From contig CAVPLT010000007.1 in NCBI GenBank assembly GCA_963706325.1, forward strand, positions 832,001 through 896,000: a DNA stretch of 64,000 nt, written 5' to 3'. The stretch comes from an uncultured Nitrospiraceae bacterium. Its GTDB lineage: Bacteria; Nitrospirota; Nitrospiria; Nitrospirales; Nitrospiraceae. Position 1 is the first letter of the stretch. Every line of letters begins with the position of its first letter. The notes under the pieces are model-generated. The model had not been told where the DNA came from. It worked only from the letters and a program-made list of their open reading frames with translations, and made no database searches. This document shows positions 20,057-29,761 of this stretch, piece by piece. The position numbers and the translations under genes were made by a program.

Positions 20057-22012
20057 ATGTGTGGCATAGCCGGGATGGTGGGATCAGACGCCTCTGAACA
20101 GGTGCGGTCGATGACGGACGCACTCGTCCATCGCGGACCGGATGAGGGCGGATACTATGACGATCCCCCGTCTCAACTGTGCCTGGGCATGCGGCGGCTC
20201 AGTATCCTGGATCTTGAATATGGACACCAGCCGATGGCGAACCGGGATCAGTCCGTCTGGATCGTCTACAACGGCGAAATTTTCAATTCACCGGAGTTGC
20301 GGCGGCAACTTGAGCAACGTCACCACCAGTTCGTGACGGCGAATTCCGATACCGAAACCCTGCTCAAGCTGTACGAAGAGAAGCAGGAAAATATGCTGGC
20401 GGACCTGAACGGCATGTTCGCCTTCGTATTGCACGACCGCAAGCGCAATCTATTATTCGGCGCGCGCGACCGGTTGGGCATCAAGCCGTTATATTATGCC
20501 AGGACACCGTCGGCCTTTGGGTTTGCGTCGGAGCTCAAAAGTCTTCTCAAGATATCTGGGATGGCGCGTGCGCTCGATCATGCGAGCCTCTCGCACTATC
20601 TGACGTTGCGGTTCGTGCCCGGGACGTCTTCCATGGTGAAGGGGATCTCACGCCTAGCGCCGGGGCATTGGTTTCGATATGAGTTGGAAACGGGCCGCTT
20701 GGAGACCCATTGTTATTGGCGGCCCTCTTTTGCTCCCGAGAAAGGTCGTTCGGTTGCGGAATGGAGCGAGCTCGTTCGAACGGAGTTGCGGGCCGCCGTG
20801 CAGCGCTGGAGCCTCAGCGATGTACCCATCGGCTGTTCCTTATCAGGCGGATTGGATTCCTCCAGCATTGTGGGTTTGCTTGCTGAGAGTGGTCATCGAC
20901 AGCTCAAGACGTACTCGCTTGGCTTTGTCGGTATTGGCGCTGCCACGCTCGATGAATTGCCGTTGGCGAGAAAGGTAGCTGAGCGCTGGGGGACCGACCA
21001 TCATGAGTTGGTCCTGCAGCCCGATGATCTGCTCCGTGACTTGCTCAAAATGGTGTGGTATTTGGATGAGCCGTACGGTGGGGGGGTGCCGTCCTGGTAT
21101 GTCTTTGAGTTCATGCATCGCGATGTCAAAGTCGGCATGACGGGAACCGGCGGCGACGAATTGTTCGGAGACTACGGGCGCTACATCGCACTCGAGCAAG
21201 AGATCGCCGGCCGGCCGGCGGGATCATCGACTGTTCCGGCTTGGATGGAACGCTGCTGGCCGCTCGTCTCGTCGTTCGTCGATCGCCTTCCGCATGGAGT
21301 CGGAAGTTTGCGGTCGCGAGAGCGATGGCGTAACTGGCCCAAGGTCGGACGCGATCCGTTCATGTGGGACTATGTGCATGCGTTTTATTATTTCTCCGAC
21401 GACACGAAGCGGAAAGACGTGTTGGCGGATTTGGGAGAGCCAAGGCCGGAGCAAGACACCGTCGAGATGTTGCGGGACTATTATCGTCAATTAGACAGTG
21501 CGCAGCCGCGGGATGCGCTGATGCAGCTGGCGATGCGCACCCAACTACCGGAAGAGTTTCTCTTCATGACCGACCGGTTTTCGATGGCGCATTCGCTCGA
21601 AGCGCGGGTGCCGTTTTTGGACCATGCGTTCGTTGAACTGATGATGCGGATTCCGTCACAGATTCGCACCAAACCGGGGGATCCCAAATACTTACTGCGA
21701 CAGGCGGTGAAAGATCTGTTGCCGGGCGAGCTGCTCCATGCGCCCAAGCGGGGGTTCGTAATTCCGACGGCACAATGGCTTCGTGGCCCTTTGCGCCCAC
21801 TGGCTGAACGGCTGCTGGCACCCAAACGTCTCGCTGATCAAGGACTCTTTCGACCGGAGTTCTATCGCCGGTTTGTCTGGCCCCATCTGGAAGGACGTGC
21901 CGATTATCATCCTCAAATCTGGACGGTGCTCATGTTTCAGCTCTGGCACAGTCTGTATGTCGAACTAGCCCTCACGGATTGCCCGAATTTTTCCTGGCAG
22001 GAGTTGTGTTAA
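20057..22012 (+). CDS. asnB: Second asparagine synthase-like amidotransferase
   Basis: MCGIAG, HRGPD, MRRLSILDL, NGEIFN, RDRLGIKPLYY, LSGGLDSS, GTGGDE, MAHSLEARVPFLDH, PKRGF. Confidence 0.93.
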   Translation: MCGIAGMVGSDASEQVRSMTDALVHRGPDEGGYYDDPPSQLCLGMRRLSILDLEYGHQPMANRDQSVWIVYNGEIFNSPELRRQLEQRHHQFVTANSDTETLLKLYEEKQENMLADLNGMFAFVLHDRKRNLLFGARDRLGIKPLYYARTPSAFGFASELKSLLKISGMARALDHASLSHYLTLRFVPGTSSMVKGISRLAPGHWFRYELETGRLETHCYWRPSFAPEKGRSVAEWSELVRTELRAAVQRWSLSDVPIGCSLSGGLDSSSIVGLLAESGHRQLKTYSLGFVGIGAATLDELPLARKVAERWGTDHHELVLQPDDLLRDLLKMVWYLDEPYGGGVPSWYVFEFMHRDVKVGMTGTGGDELFGDYGRYIALEQEIAGRPAGSSTVPAWMERCWPLVSSFVDRLPHGVGSLRSRERWRNWPKVGRDPFMWDYVHAFYYFSDDTKRKDVLADLGEPRPEQDTVEMLRDYYRQLDSAQPRDALMQLAMRTQLPEEFLFMTDRFSMAHSLEARVPFLDHAFVELMMRIPSQIRTKPGDPKYLLRQAVKDLLPGELLHAPKRGFVIPTAQWLRGPLRPLAERLLAPKRLADQGLFRPEFYRRFVWPHLEGRADYHPQIWTVLMFQLWHSLYVELALTDCPNFSWQELC

Positions 22013-22100
22013 GCCATACAGGTGAACCATATCACTGAATACTGAGCCTCTATTGTCGATCTGTGCGGGCGTGCGGTAGAAGGGAGCGTGGAGAAGTACG

Positions 22101-23102
22101 ATGCGTCGGGAGCATATCTCTGAGTTAGTCTGCGGCGGTGGACAACATAACCTGAATTTGCAGGAAGGCGCTCATGAGGAACAGGGGGAAATCAAAGAGG
22201 GCGTTCTAACCTGTGCGGCCACATGCCCGCCAGTGCCGATTCGCAAGTTTGTGCCGCGGTTTGTGCCCAATAGCGGCTATTCCCAAAACTTCGGCGAGCA
22301 GTGGAATCATTTTCGTCGGACGCAAATCGATAAGTTCAATGGAACGACCCTGTCGAAGGAGCGATTCTACAGCGGGACCGGATGGTCGCCTGCTGAACTC
22401 AAAGGCGCCAGGATTCTGGAGGCCGGTTGTGGCGCAGGGCGCTTCACTCAAATTATGTTGGACGCCGGTGCGCGCGTGTATTCCGTCGACCTCAGCTCAG
22501 CCGTGGATGCCTGTTTTGCCAATAACGGCCCTCGTGAGAACCTGTGCGTCGTCCAGGCCGATCTCTGTCGGATTCCCTTTCGGCATCATTCGTTCGACAA
22601 GGTCTTCTGCTATGGCGTCATACAGCACACGCCTCTTCCGCGCGCGTCCTTCATGAGTCTCATCCCGTTTCTCAAACCGGGTGGCGATCTGGCCGTGGAT
22701 GTTTATCTGAAGGGGTGGGCGTTGGAGCCCTACAAAAGTAAATATCTCTATCGGCCACTCACCACGAGGATACCGCGTCACCTGCTGTTTGGATTCCTCC
22801 AGTGGTACATCCCGAAATGGCTTCCCGTGGATACCTTCATCAAGCGTCTTCCTGCCGTGGGCCGGGTGCTGGGCATGCTCATTCCATGCTGGAACTATCA
22901 TTATCTGCCCTTGTCTCAGCAACAAAAGACCGAATGGGCAATCCTCGACACCTTTGATGCGCTAGCCCCTGCCTATGATGACCCACAGACCCCCGAGTCG
23001 GTCACCGAATGGTTCACAAGTGCCGGATTAGTCGATATCCGGGTACGACCGGGCGGCAATGGGGTGCTCGGAAACGGGAAGGCGCGGCCCCTGCCGGTCT
23101 AA
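22101..23102 (+). CDS. SAM-dependent methyltransferase with Trm112-like N-terminus
   Basis: N-terminal LVC...GVLTC...PI..FVPRF, NFGEQW, ILEAGCGAGRF, FDKVFCYGVIQHT, LDTFDAL. Confidence 0.85.
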   Translation: MRREHISELVCGGGQHNLNLQEGAHEEQGEIKEGVLTCAATCPPVPIRKFVPRFVPNSGYSQNFGEQWNHFRRTQIDKFNGTTLSKERFYSGTGWSPAELKGARILEAGCGAGRFTQIMLDAGARVYSVDLSSAVDACFANNGPRENLCVVQADLCRIPFRHHSFDKVFCYGVIQHTPLPRASFMSLIPFLKPGGDLAVDVYLKGWALEPYKSKYLYRPLTTRIPRHLLFGFLQWYIPKWLPVDTFIKRLPAVGRVLGMLIPCWNYHYLPLSQQQKTEWAILDTFDALAPAYDDPQTPESVTEWFTSAGLVDIRVRPGGNGVLGNGKARPLPV

Positions 23103-23111
23103 CGGACCGAC

Positions 23112-24347
23112 ATGAATATTCTTCATCTCAGCACTGAATACAACCTGGGCGGGTCTGGCCGGGCCGCATACCGGATTCATTCCAGCCTCATTCAGCGGGG
23201 GCATGCCTCGCGGATGCTCGTGTCCGGTCCGGTCCAAGGAGTGCCTGACGCCGGCCCGATCTGGGGAACGCTGCCATGGCGGGCGATGGATTGGGTCGCG
23301 CGCCGGGCTACCGATGCGTTGAGTCTCCAGTATCTCTTCTTACCGTCTTCCTGGAGGCTGCTGAGGCATCCCTGGTTTCTCGCGGCAGACGTGGTTCAGC
23401 TCTACAACACGCACGGAGGATATTTCAGCCACTCTGTGCTGGGAGTCGCCAGCCGCCGTAAGCCGTTCGTCTGGCGACTATCCGATATGTGGCCGTTGAC
23501 GGGCCATTGCTGCTATTCCTATGAGTGTAATCGATGGATGACCGGCTGTGGTTCGTGCCCGTTGCTGACGGATGATCCGGCTTTGAAGACAGACCGGACC
23601 GCTCTGTTGTGGCGAACCAAACAGCGCATGTATGCTCGTGCGAACGTCACGCTGGTCGCTCCCTCGCAATGGATCGCCGGTCTTGCCAAGCAGAGCCCGC
23701 TCGTCGGGCATTGGCCGGTCACAATAATTCCAAATGGTCTGGATCTGACGGTGTTTCGGCCGATCAATCGAGCCGCGGCCCGGGAAGTGTTAGGGCTGCC
23801 GCAAGATGAGGATTTCGTGTTATTCAGTTCGGTGGAAACGCAGGCCTATCGGAAGGGTGGAACATTCGTGGCCGAGGCCGTGAACGCGCTCAAAGGAAAG
23901 ACTCGCAAACCTTTCAGGCTCTTGGTGGTCGGGCACCGTGCGCGAGAGTGGGAGAGGGCGGTGAGTGTCCCCGTCACTGCGATTGATATGGTGAAGGACG
24001 ATAATCTGCTGACGGCCCTCTACTCCGCTGCGGATCTGTTCGTTCATCCTGCCCTGGCGGACAACCTGCCGAACGGTGTGTTGGAAAGCCTGGCTTGCGG
24101 CACCCCGGTCGTCGCGTTCGACGTGGGCGGGGTGGGGGAGGCGGTACGGCCAATGGAGACCGGTTTTCTCGCGCGGTATAAGGATGCCGGTGATCTGGCT
24201 GAGGGAATCAAACGTCTCCTGGACGATCCCGACTTACGGCGCCGTCTGAGTGCAAAATGCCGTGAAGTTGCGGAAGCTGAATACGACATGGCGTTACAAA
24301 CCCAACGGTTTGAGGAGTTGTATGCTGCGGTGATCCATGGCCGATAG
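23112..24347 (+). CDS. GT4 glycosyltransferase, WcaC-like
   Basis: GGSGRAAYRIH, WRLSDMWPLTGHC..C..W..GCGSCP, IPNG, RKG, DNLPNGVLESLACGTPVVAFDVGG. Confidence 0.9.
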   Translation: MNILHLSTEYNLGGSGRAAYRIHSSLIQRGHASRMLVSGPVQGVPDAGPIWGTLPWRAMDWVARRATDALSLQYLFLPSSWRLLRHPWFLAADVVQLYNTHGGYFSHSVLGVASRRKPFVWRLSDMWPLTGHCCYSYECNRWMTGCGSCPLLTDDPALKTDRTALLWRTKQRMYARANVTLVAPSQWIAGLAKQSPLVGHWPVTIIPNGLDLTVFRPINRAAAREVLGLPQDEDFVLFSSVETQAYRKGGTFVAEAVNALKGKTRKPFRLLVVGHRAREWERAVSVPVTAIDMVKDDNLLTALYSAADLFVHPALADNLPNGVLESLACGTPVVAFDVGGVGEAVRPMETGFLARYKDAGDLAEGIKRLLDDPDLRRRLSAKCREVAEAEYDMALQTQRFEELYAAVIHGR

Positions 24348-25182
24348 CCAAGCCGGGAACTTCCCCGAAACTTCATACGGCATTGTGAAGCGGTTGGAGA
24401 CCATTGAAGCCTGGACGGCTGCGGTCGCGAAGCGTTTGCGGAAATCCTCTCTCTCAATTCTCGACTACGGCTGCGGCACTGGCGATCATGTGACCTATCC
24501 ATTGGCCTGTCGAGGCCATGGCGTGCTGGGCGTGGACATGCATGAGCCGTCCATTCAGGAAGCGCAACGACGATATCCGTTACCGAACCTCGTGTTTCGA
24601 ATCGGCCATCTTGAATCGTTGATCCAAGAACATCTCACTTTCGATCTGATCGTCTGTTCCGAAGTGCTGGAACACCTGCATGAGCCGCTGGACTGTCTCG
24701 GCATCATGCAGCAACTTCTCAATTCGGGAGGGGCGCTCGTTATCACCACACCCAACGGCTATGGGTCTTATGAGTTGTTCTGCCGGCTGCAGCGAGGACT
24801 GACCAGGATCGGGATCGATCAGATTGCTCGCGGTGTGGTTCATGCCCGGCGGCGGGCCAGAGCCCGGTCGATTGAAGCAGCCCCGCCGGTGAAAACGTCG
24901 CCCTCACACGATCAGGTGGGATTCTTGAATTTTGAGTCCGGCCATGTGCAGTTTTTTCGCGTGCGGCGCTTGATGCAATTGTTCGATGCCGGTGGATTTC
25001 GGGTGGCGGAGCGGCGGGCAAGAACCTTCTTATGCGGGCCGTACATTGATGTCCTGCTGCGACTCCCGCCCTTTCGACAGGTCCTGTATAGGATCAACAA
25101 TCGGGTCGCCGATGTATTGCCGTTCGCTTGGTCTGCTGATTGGATGTTTTTGCTGGAACCCACCGAAAAGAGTCTCGTGTGA
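24337..25182 (+). CDS. Class I SAM-dependent methyltransferase
   Basis: ILDYGCGTG, FDLIVCSEVLEHL, GGALVITTPNG. Confidence 0.88.
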   Translation: MADSQAGNFPETSYGIVKRLETIEAWTAAVAKRLRKSSLSILDYGCGTGDHVTYPLACRGHGVLGVDMHEPSIQEAQRRYPLPNLVFRIGHLESLIQEHLTFDLIVCSEVLEHLHEPLDCLGIMQQLLNSGGALVITTPNGYGSYELFCRLQRGLTRIGIDQIARGVVHARRRARARSIEAAPPVKTSPSHDQVGFLNFESGHVQFFRVRRLMQLFDAGGFRVAERRARTFLCGPYIDVLLRLPPFRQVLYRINNRVADVLPFAWSADWMFLLEPTEKSLV

Positions 25183-26489
25183 CGCTGGACTATCCTCGAA
25201 TTCTCGTGGTGACGGGAAACAACTTCAATCTTGTTACCGGCGGTGGCATCACATTGACTAATCTTTTCCGCGGCTGGCCGGCCGATCGAATTGCCAATAT
25301 GCATGACGATGCCACGCCGGTCGATCGGACCGTCTGCAAAAACTTCTACCGCCTGACGGAACAGGACATCCGTTGGGTCTGGCCCTTCTCTCTGGTCAGA
25401 CGTTCGTACGGGCATGTCAAACGTCTCTCCGGGGATCGTGAGGGCCCAGCCGGCGCGCCAGCCGCATCTGCCGCCACCTCGTCCATCAACATCGCTAGAC
25501 GGTTTATCGGCGACAGCACGCCCAAGCGTGCCCATCTCACGCGAGATCTCACCGCGTGGGTGAATGAATTTCGTCCCACGCTGTTGTATGGCTTTCTCGG
25601 GTCACTGGAGCAGGTGGATCTGACACGTCAGCTCGCGAGGCGATGGGCGATTCCGTTGGTGGTGCACATGATGGATGACTGGCCTGCGGTGCTGCATACC
25701 GGGGGTCTGTTGGGGCCGGTCATCGGGCCGATTCTGCGTCGAGAATTGAAGGCGACTCTCCATGAAGCCGTGGCCAGGTTCGCCATATGCGAGGAGATGT
25801 GCGAGGAATATCAACAGCGCTATGGCCATCCGTTTCAGCCGTTCCAGAACGCGCTCGATGTGGAACGGTGGTTGCCGGATTCTCGAATCAACTGGAAAGC
25901 GGGCACTCCGTTTATCCTGCGCTATGCGGGATCGATCGTGCCGGACGGACAGCGGGAAAGTCTCAGAGATCTCGCCCGCGCCATCGCCCGGTTGTCGGCT
26001 GAAGCCATCGACGTGCAATTGTGGATTCACTCACCGCCACAGGAATCAGCCTATCTCCGCGATCTGGCTTCTCACGCCGTTCGGATCGAGGGTCCACCGG
26101 ATCCGAAGTCGATTGCGGCGCTCCTCGCGGGAACGGATCTGCTGGTCTTGCCTTACAACTTCGATGCGCGCAGTGCCCGGTACATCCGGCTTTCCCTTCC
26201 GACGAAGGCGCCGGCATATATGATTTCAGGAACTCCTATTCTGGTGTATGCTCCCGGCGACGTAGCGACTGCGCGGTATGCCACACGCGAGGGCTGGGGA
26301 TATGTCGTGGATTCTAGGAGTGAGGAGCGGTTAATGTTAGCGGTGCGAACGCTGATGCAGAACGAATCGCTTCGCGAGCAACTCGGCCGTCGCGCGCAGC
26401 AAGTCGCCTTGGCACGGCATGATGCATCGGTGGTTCGGTCGGTCTTTTGGACTGCGCTCTGCGAGGCGTCCCGAAAGAGCGCTGTCTAG
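25179..26489 (+). CDS. Glycosyltransferase, GT-B (GT4-like)
   Basis: TGGGITLTNLF, HMMDDW, YAGSI, DLLVLPYNF..RLSLPTKAPAYMISGTPILV; GTGA overlap with upstream gene. Confidence 0.82.
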   Translation: MTLDYPRILVVTGNNFNLVTGGGITLTNLFRGWPADRIANMHDDATPVDRTVCKNFYRLTEQDIRWVWPFSLVRRSYGHVKRLSGDREGPAGAPAASAATSSINIARRFIGDSTPKRAHLTRDLTAWVNEFRPTLLYGFLGSLEQVDLTRQLARRWAIPLVVHMMDDWPAVLHTGGLLGPVIGPILRRELKATLHEAVARFAICEEMCEEYQQRYGHPFQPFQNALDVERWLPDSRINWKAGTPFILRYAGSIVPDGQRESLRDLARAIARLSAEAIDVQLWIHSPPQESAYLRDLASHAVRIEGPPDPKSIAALLAGTDLLVLPYNFDARSARYIRLSLPTKAPAYMISGTPILVYAPGDVATARYATREGWGYVVDSRSEERLMLAVRTLMQNESLREQLGRRAQQVALARHDASVVRSVFWTALCEASRKSAV

Positions 26490-26508
26490 TGTCTGCTCTC
26501 AATCCAGG

Positions 26509-26558
26509 CTCAACGGTCTTTCGGGCAGCAGGACCGAACCGTCCGAGTACCGTTTGAG
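26509..26558. other. Imperfect intercistronic stem-loop
   Basis: CTCAACGGTCTTTCGG pairs imperfectly with CCGAGTACCGTTTGAG; no U-tract follows. Confidence 0.3.
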
Positions 26559-26623
26559 TGGTTTAAGTTAACGCAGCGCGAGTCTAGACCGAGGTATGAC
26601 GGGGGGAGAGATCGAGGAGATCC

Positions 26624-27403
26624 ATGGTGCGATCATCTGCGAAAGAAGACAACGAGGACGTCCGCCGGTATTGGAACCAGGAGGCGTGCGGCACCGCCCG
26701 TCCCATCGTCGGTGAGGTGCCGGAACTGAGCCGGGAGTGGTTCGAGCGGATTGAAACCTATCGCTATGAGCTCGAACCATTCATCCATTCCGTCGCGCAA
26801 TTCACCCGTCACCATGGTAAACGACTGCTTGAAATCGGCGTCGGCGCCGGCACCGATCATTTGCAATGGGCTCGTGCCGGTCTGGATTGTCATGGCGTGG
26901 ATTTGACGCAGCGAGCCATCGAGGTCACGCGCGCGCGGTTGTCGCTGTACGGGTTCAGCAGTGACCTGCAACGCATCGATGCCGAGACGCTTCCATTTAG
27001 TGATGCGTCGTTCGACCTGGTGTATTCCTGGGGAGTGATTCACCATGCAGAACATCCAGGGCGAATTATTGCTGAAGTCCGACGAGTGCTCAAACCGGAT
27101 GGACGGTTCATCGGTATGTTGTACGGCAGGCATTCCCTCGTCGCACTGAAACTGTGGGTGAGGCATGGTTTGTTTCGCGGCCGACCTGACAGAACATTGG
27201 CCGGGGTTGTGGCCGATCATATGGAGAGTCCCGGCACCAAGGCTTACACAGTTCGTGAGGTGCGGGGGCTGTTCAACGAATTCACTCGCGTGACCGCGAC
27301 TGCAGTGATGACGCCCTATGATCGGCGTCGGCTGCCATCCTGGTTCACGCAATTAGTTCCGGATCGCTGGGGATGGTTTATCTGCATTAATGCGGTCAAG
27401 TAA
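26624..27403 (+). CDS. Class I SAM-dependent methyltransferase
   Basis: YWNQEACGT, LLEIGVGAGTD, DAETLPF, FDLVYSWGVIHH, RVLKPDG, ESPGTKAY. Confidence 0.9.
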   Translation: MVRSSAKEDNEDVRRYWNQEACGTARPIVGEVPELSREWFERIETYRYELEPFIHSVAQFTRHHGKRLLEIGVGAGTDHLQWARAGLDCHGVDLTQRAIEVTRARLSLYGFSSDLQRIDAETLPFSDASFDLVYSWGVIHHAEHPGRIIAEVRRVLKPDGRFIGMLYGRHSLVALKLWVRHGLFRGRPDRTLAGVVADHMESPGTKAYTVREVRGLFNEFTRVTATAVMTPYDRRRLPSWFTQLVPDRWGWFICINAVK

Positions 27404-28579
27404 GTGGAGAGAGGGGCATCGACTCATAAGATTCTGATGGCCTGTGCCAATTACTGGACGACTCCGTTCCAAGTAGGAAGCCACCACCTGGCGCGGGGTT
27501 TCGCGGAGGCCGGTTGGAGGGTCGGTTTCGTCTCGGATCCCATCTCTCCGTTGCATCTCTTGGGACAAGCCCGGCAGGAATTGGCGAACAGGTTCCAACT
27601 GTACCGCGACGGTGGCCTGTGGGACCTCGAAAAAAAACTATGGGCCTATGTTCCAGGGGCGTTGGCCACTCCCCGCCATAAGCCACTGCTTCGCAGTGGC
27701 GCCGTTGAGCGCGGGTGGGCCCACCTGACGTGGCCTCCGCTGGGAGCCATGGTGCGGAAGCACGGCTTCGGTGAGGTCGATCTGATGTACTGTGACAGCC
27801 CCAAACATCTCTCCTGGTTATCTCAGGTGACCCGCGCGCGAACCGTGTTTCGGGTTGCTGATAACACCTCAGGATTCGGCCGAACGACGCCAGCCGCACG
27901 TGAGGCTGAACGAGCTCTGGCCGGCGCGGCCGATCTGGTGGTGTATAGCGCCGAAACCTTGAAAGAGTATGTAGAAAGTTTGAAGCCTCGCCGCATGGCT
28001 CATCTCCCGAACGGCGTGAATTTTGCTCATTTTGCCCGGAACGATGTGCCCGTTCCTCCCGAGTATGCCTCGATCCCAGGGCCCATCGCCGTGTATGCAG
28101 GATACATGGACGCCTGGTTTGACTACGACCTGTTGAATCGCGTCGTCGCGGCATTGCCTAACGTCTCATTCGTTCTCATCGGAGGAAGCCCCGCTGCGCA
28201 CACCAGGTTTGCGCCTATGCGAAACCTGCATCTGCTCGGACCCCGGCCGTTTGCCCGCTTGCCGGAATATCTACGGGCCGCCGACGTGGGGCTCATCCCG
28301 TTTGACGTACAAGGGCATCCGACGCTGGTGCATAGTATCCATCCCCTGAAATTGTATGAATACTTCGCTGCCGGACTGCCCGTGGTCGCCACACGCTGGC
28401 GGGAACTGGAGCGTTTGCAAAGCCCGGCGAGGCTGTGTGAGTCGGCCGCAGAATTCTCCTCCGCCGTCGAACTCAGCCTATCTGAGTCCCCTCGACGTGC
28501 AGAATACGAACGCTATGCGCAGCAGGCTGATTGGAAGCACCGCGTCCTCCGGTTGCTGGATCTCGCATTTTCAGAGTGA
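27404..28579 (+). CDS. Glycosyltransferase, GT-B (GumK/TuaH-like)
   Basis: VGSHHLAR, LPNGVNFAHF, LLGPRPF..LP.YL..ADVGLIPF, HPLKLYEYFAAGLPVV. Confidence 0.87.
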   Translation: MERGASTHKILMACANYWTTPFQVGSHHLARGFAEAGWRVGFVSDPISPLHLLGQARQELANRFQLYRDGGLWDLEKKLWAYVPGALATPRHKPLLRSGAVERGWAHLTWPPLGAMVRKHGFGEVDLMYCDSPKHLSWLSQVTRARTVFRVADNTSGFGRTTPAAREAERALAGAADLVVYSAETLKEYVESLKPRRMAHLPNGVNFAHFARNDVPVPPEYASIPGPIAVYAGYMDAWFDYDLLNRVVAALPNVSFVLIGGSPAAHTRFAPMRNLHLLGPRPFARLPEYLRAADVGLIPFDVQGHPTLVHSIHPLKLYEYFAAGLPVVATRWRELERLQSPARLCESAAEFSSAVELSLSESPRRAEYERYAQQADWKHRVLRLLDLAFSE

Positions 28580-28613
28580 GTCTTGGAGGGTTACCGATAT
28601 TTCACGCCCATTA

Positions 28614-29696
28614 TTGACCATAGACATGCGCATGGTGTTGGCCGCAGGGATCGGCACCTATCTCCGTCAGCTGGTGCCGCGCGTATGGCGGACATTGCCG
28701 TCTCTCAACCTGTGCCTGTTGGGAAGAGCTGAGACACTGACACGGTTTGAGTGGGCGCAACAACCCGGCGTCACCATTGTCGGATGTGGGGCTCCTATTT
28801 ATTCCTTACGGGAGCAGGTTGAGATTCCCTTAAAAATCCCATCGCAAACAGATCTCTTCTGGTCGCCTCATTACAACATTCCCTTGTTCTACCGAGGGCG
28901 CTTGCTCGTCACGGTGCATGACACCTTTCATCTCGCCATGCCACAATTCGTCAAAGGATGGCATCGCCGACTGTACTCGCGTGTCATGTTTCGAGCGGTG
29001 CGGTCAAAAGCAGCCGGCATTGTGTGTGTCTCACGCTTTGCCAAAGGCGAAGTTCTGAAATATTGTCCGACAGGAAAGCAGAACGTCACGGTCGTGCACA
29101 ACGGAATTGATTTCTCCTGGTTGGAGGTCGTGCCCGGCCCGGCCCCCCATCCGAAACCGTATCTTCTCTTCGTTGGCAGTGTGAAACCTCATAAAAACCT
29201 CTCACGACTCTTAGAGGCGTTTGATCGATTGTTGCAGAAGATTCCGCACGATCTCATCATCATCGGCCGACAGGAGGGGTTTATCACTGGAGACGCGCTG
29301 GCGAATGAACGAGCCTCCGCGATGCACAGACGTGTCAAATGCGTGGGGGAATTAGACCATGATCACGAGATCCTCAGACGATTCTACGCTCACGCTGACG
29401 CGCTCATTTTGCCCTCGCTCTATGAAAGTTTTGGTCTTCCGGCATTGGAAGCGGCTGCCTCGGGATGTCCGATTGTCGTCTCTCGGGTAGGGGGGTTGCC
29501 GGAGGTGTATGGGGAATCGGCGGTGTATTGCGATCCATATGATGTCGATGATATTGCGAATAAAATATTTCAGACGGTCACAGACCGAGAATTGCGACGT
29601 CGGCATATCGACCGTGGCCGAGCGATTGCGACTATGTACGGCTGGGATCAGTCAGCGCAACGAACGAGCGAGCTTATCCAAACACTCCTGGCATAG
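28614..29696 (+). CDS. GT4 glycosyltransferase (start approximate)
   Basis: TIDMRM..AGIGTY, WSPHYNIP, VTVHD, VGSVKPHKN, PSLYESFGLPALEAAASG. Confidence 0.9.
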   Translation: MTIDMRMVLAAGIGTYLRQLVPRVWRTLPSLNLCLLGRAETLTRFEWAQQPGVTIVGCGAPIYSLREQVEIPLKIPSQTDLFWSPHYNIPLFYRGRLLVTVHDTFHLAMPQFVKGWHRRLYSRVMFRAVRSKAAGIVCVSRFAKGEVLKYCPTGKQNVTVVHNGIDFSWLEVVPGPAPHPKPYLLFVGSVKPHKNLSRLLEAFDRLLQKIPHDLIIIGRQEGFITGDALANERASAMHRRVKCVGELDHDHEILRRFYAHADALILPSLYESFGLPALEAAASGCPIVVSRVGGLPEVYGESAVYCDPYDVDDIANKIFQTVTDRELRRRHIDRGRAIATMYGWDQSAQRTSELIQTLLA

Positions 29697-29761
29697 GACT
29701 TTGTCCTGGATGTTTCCGAGTGTATTCCCAGTATGCGCCTAGGACTTCACTAGTTCGAGAT

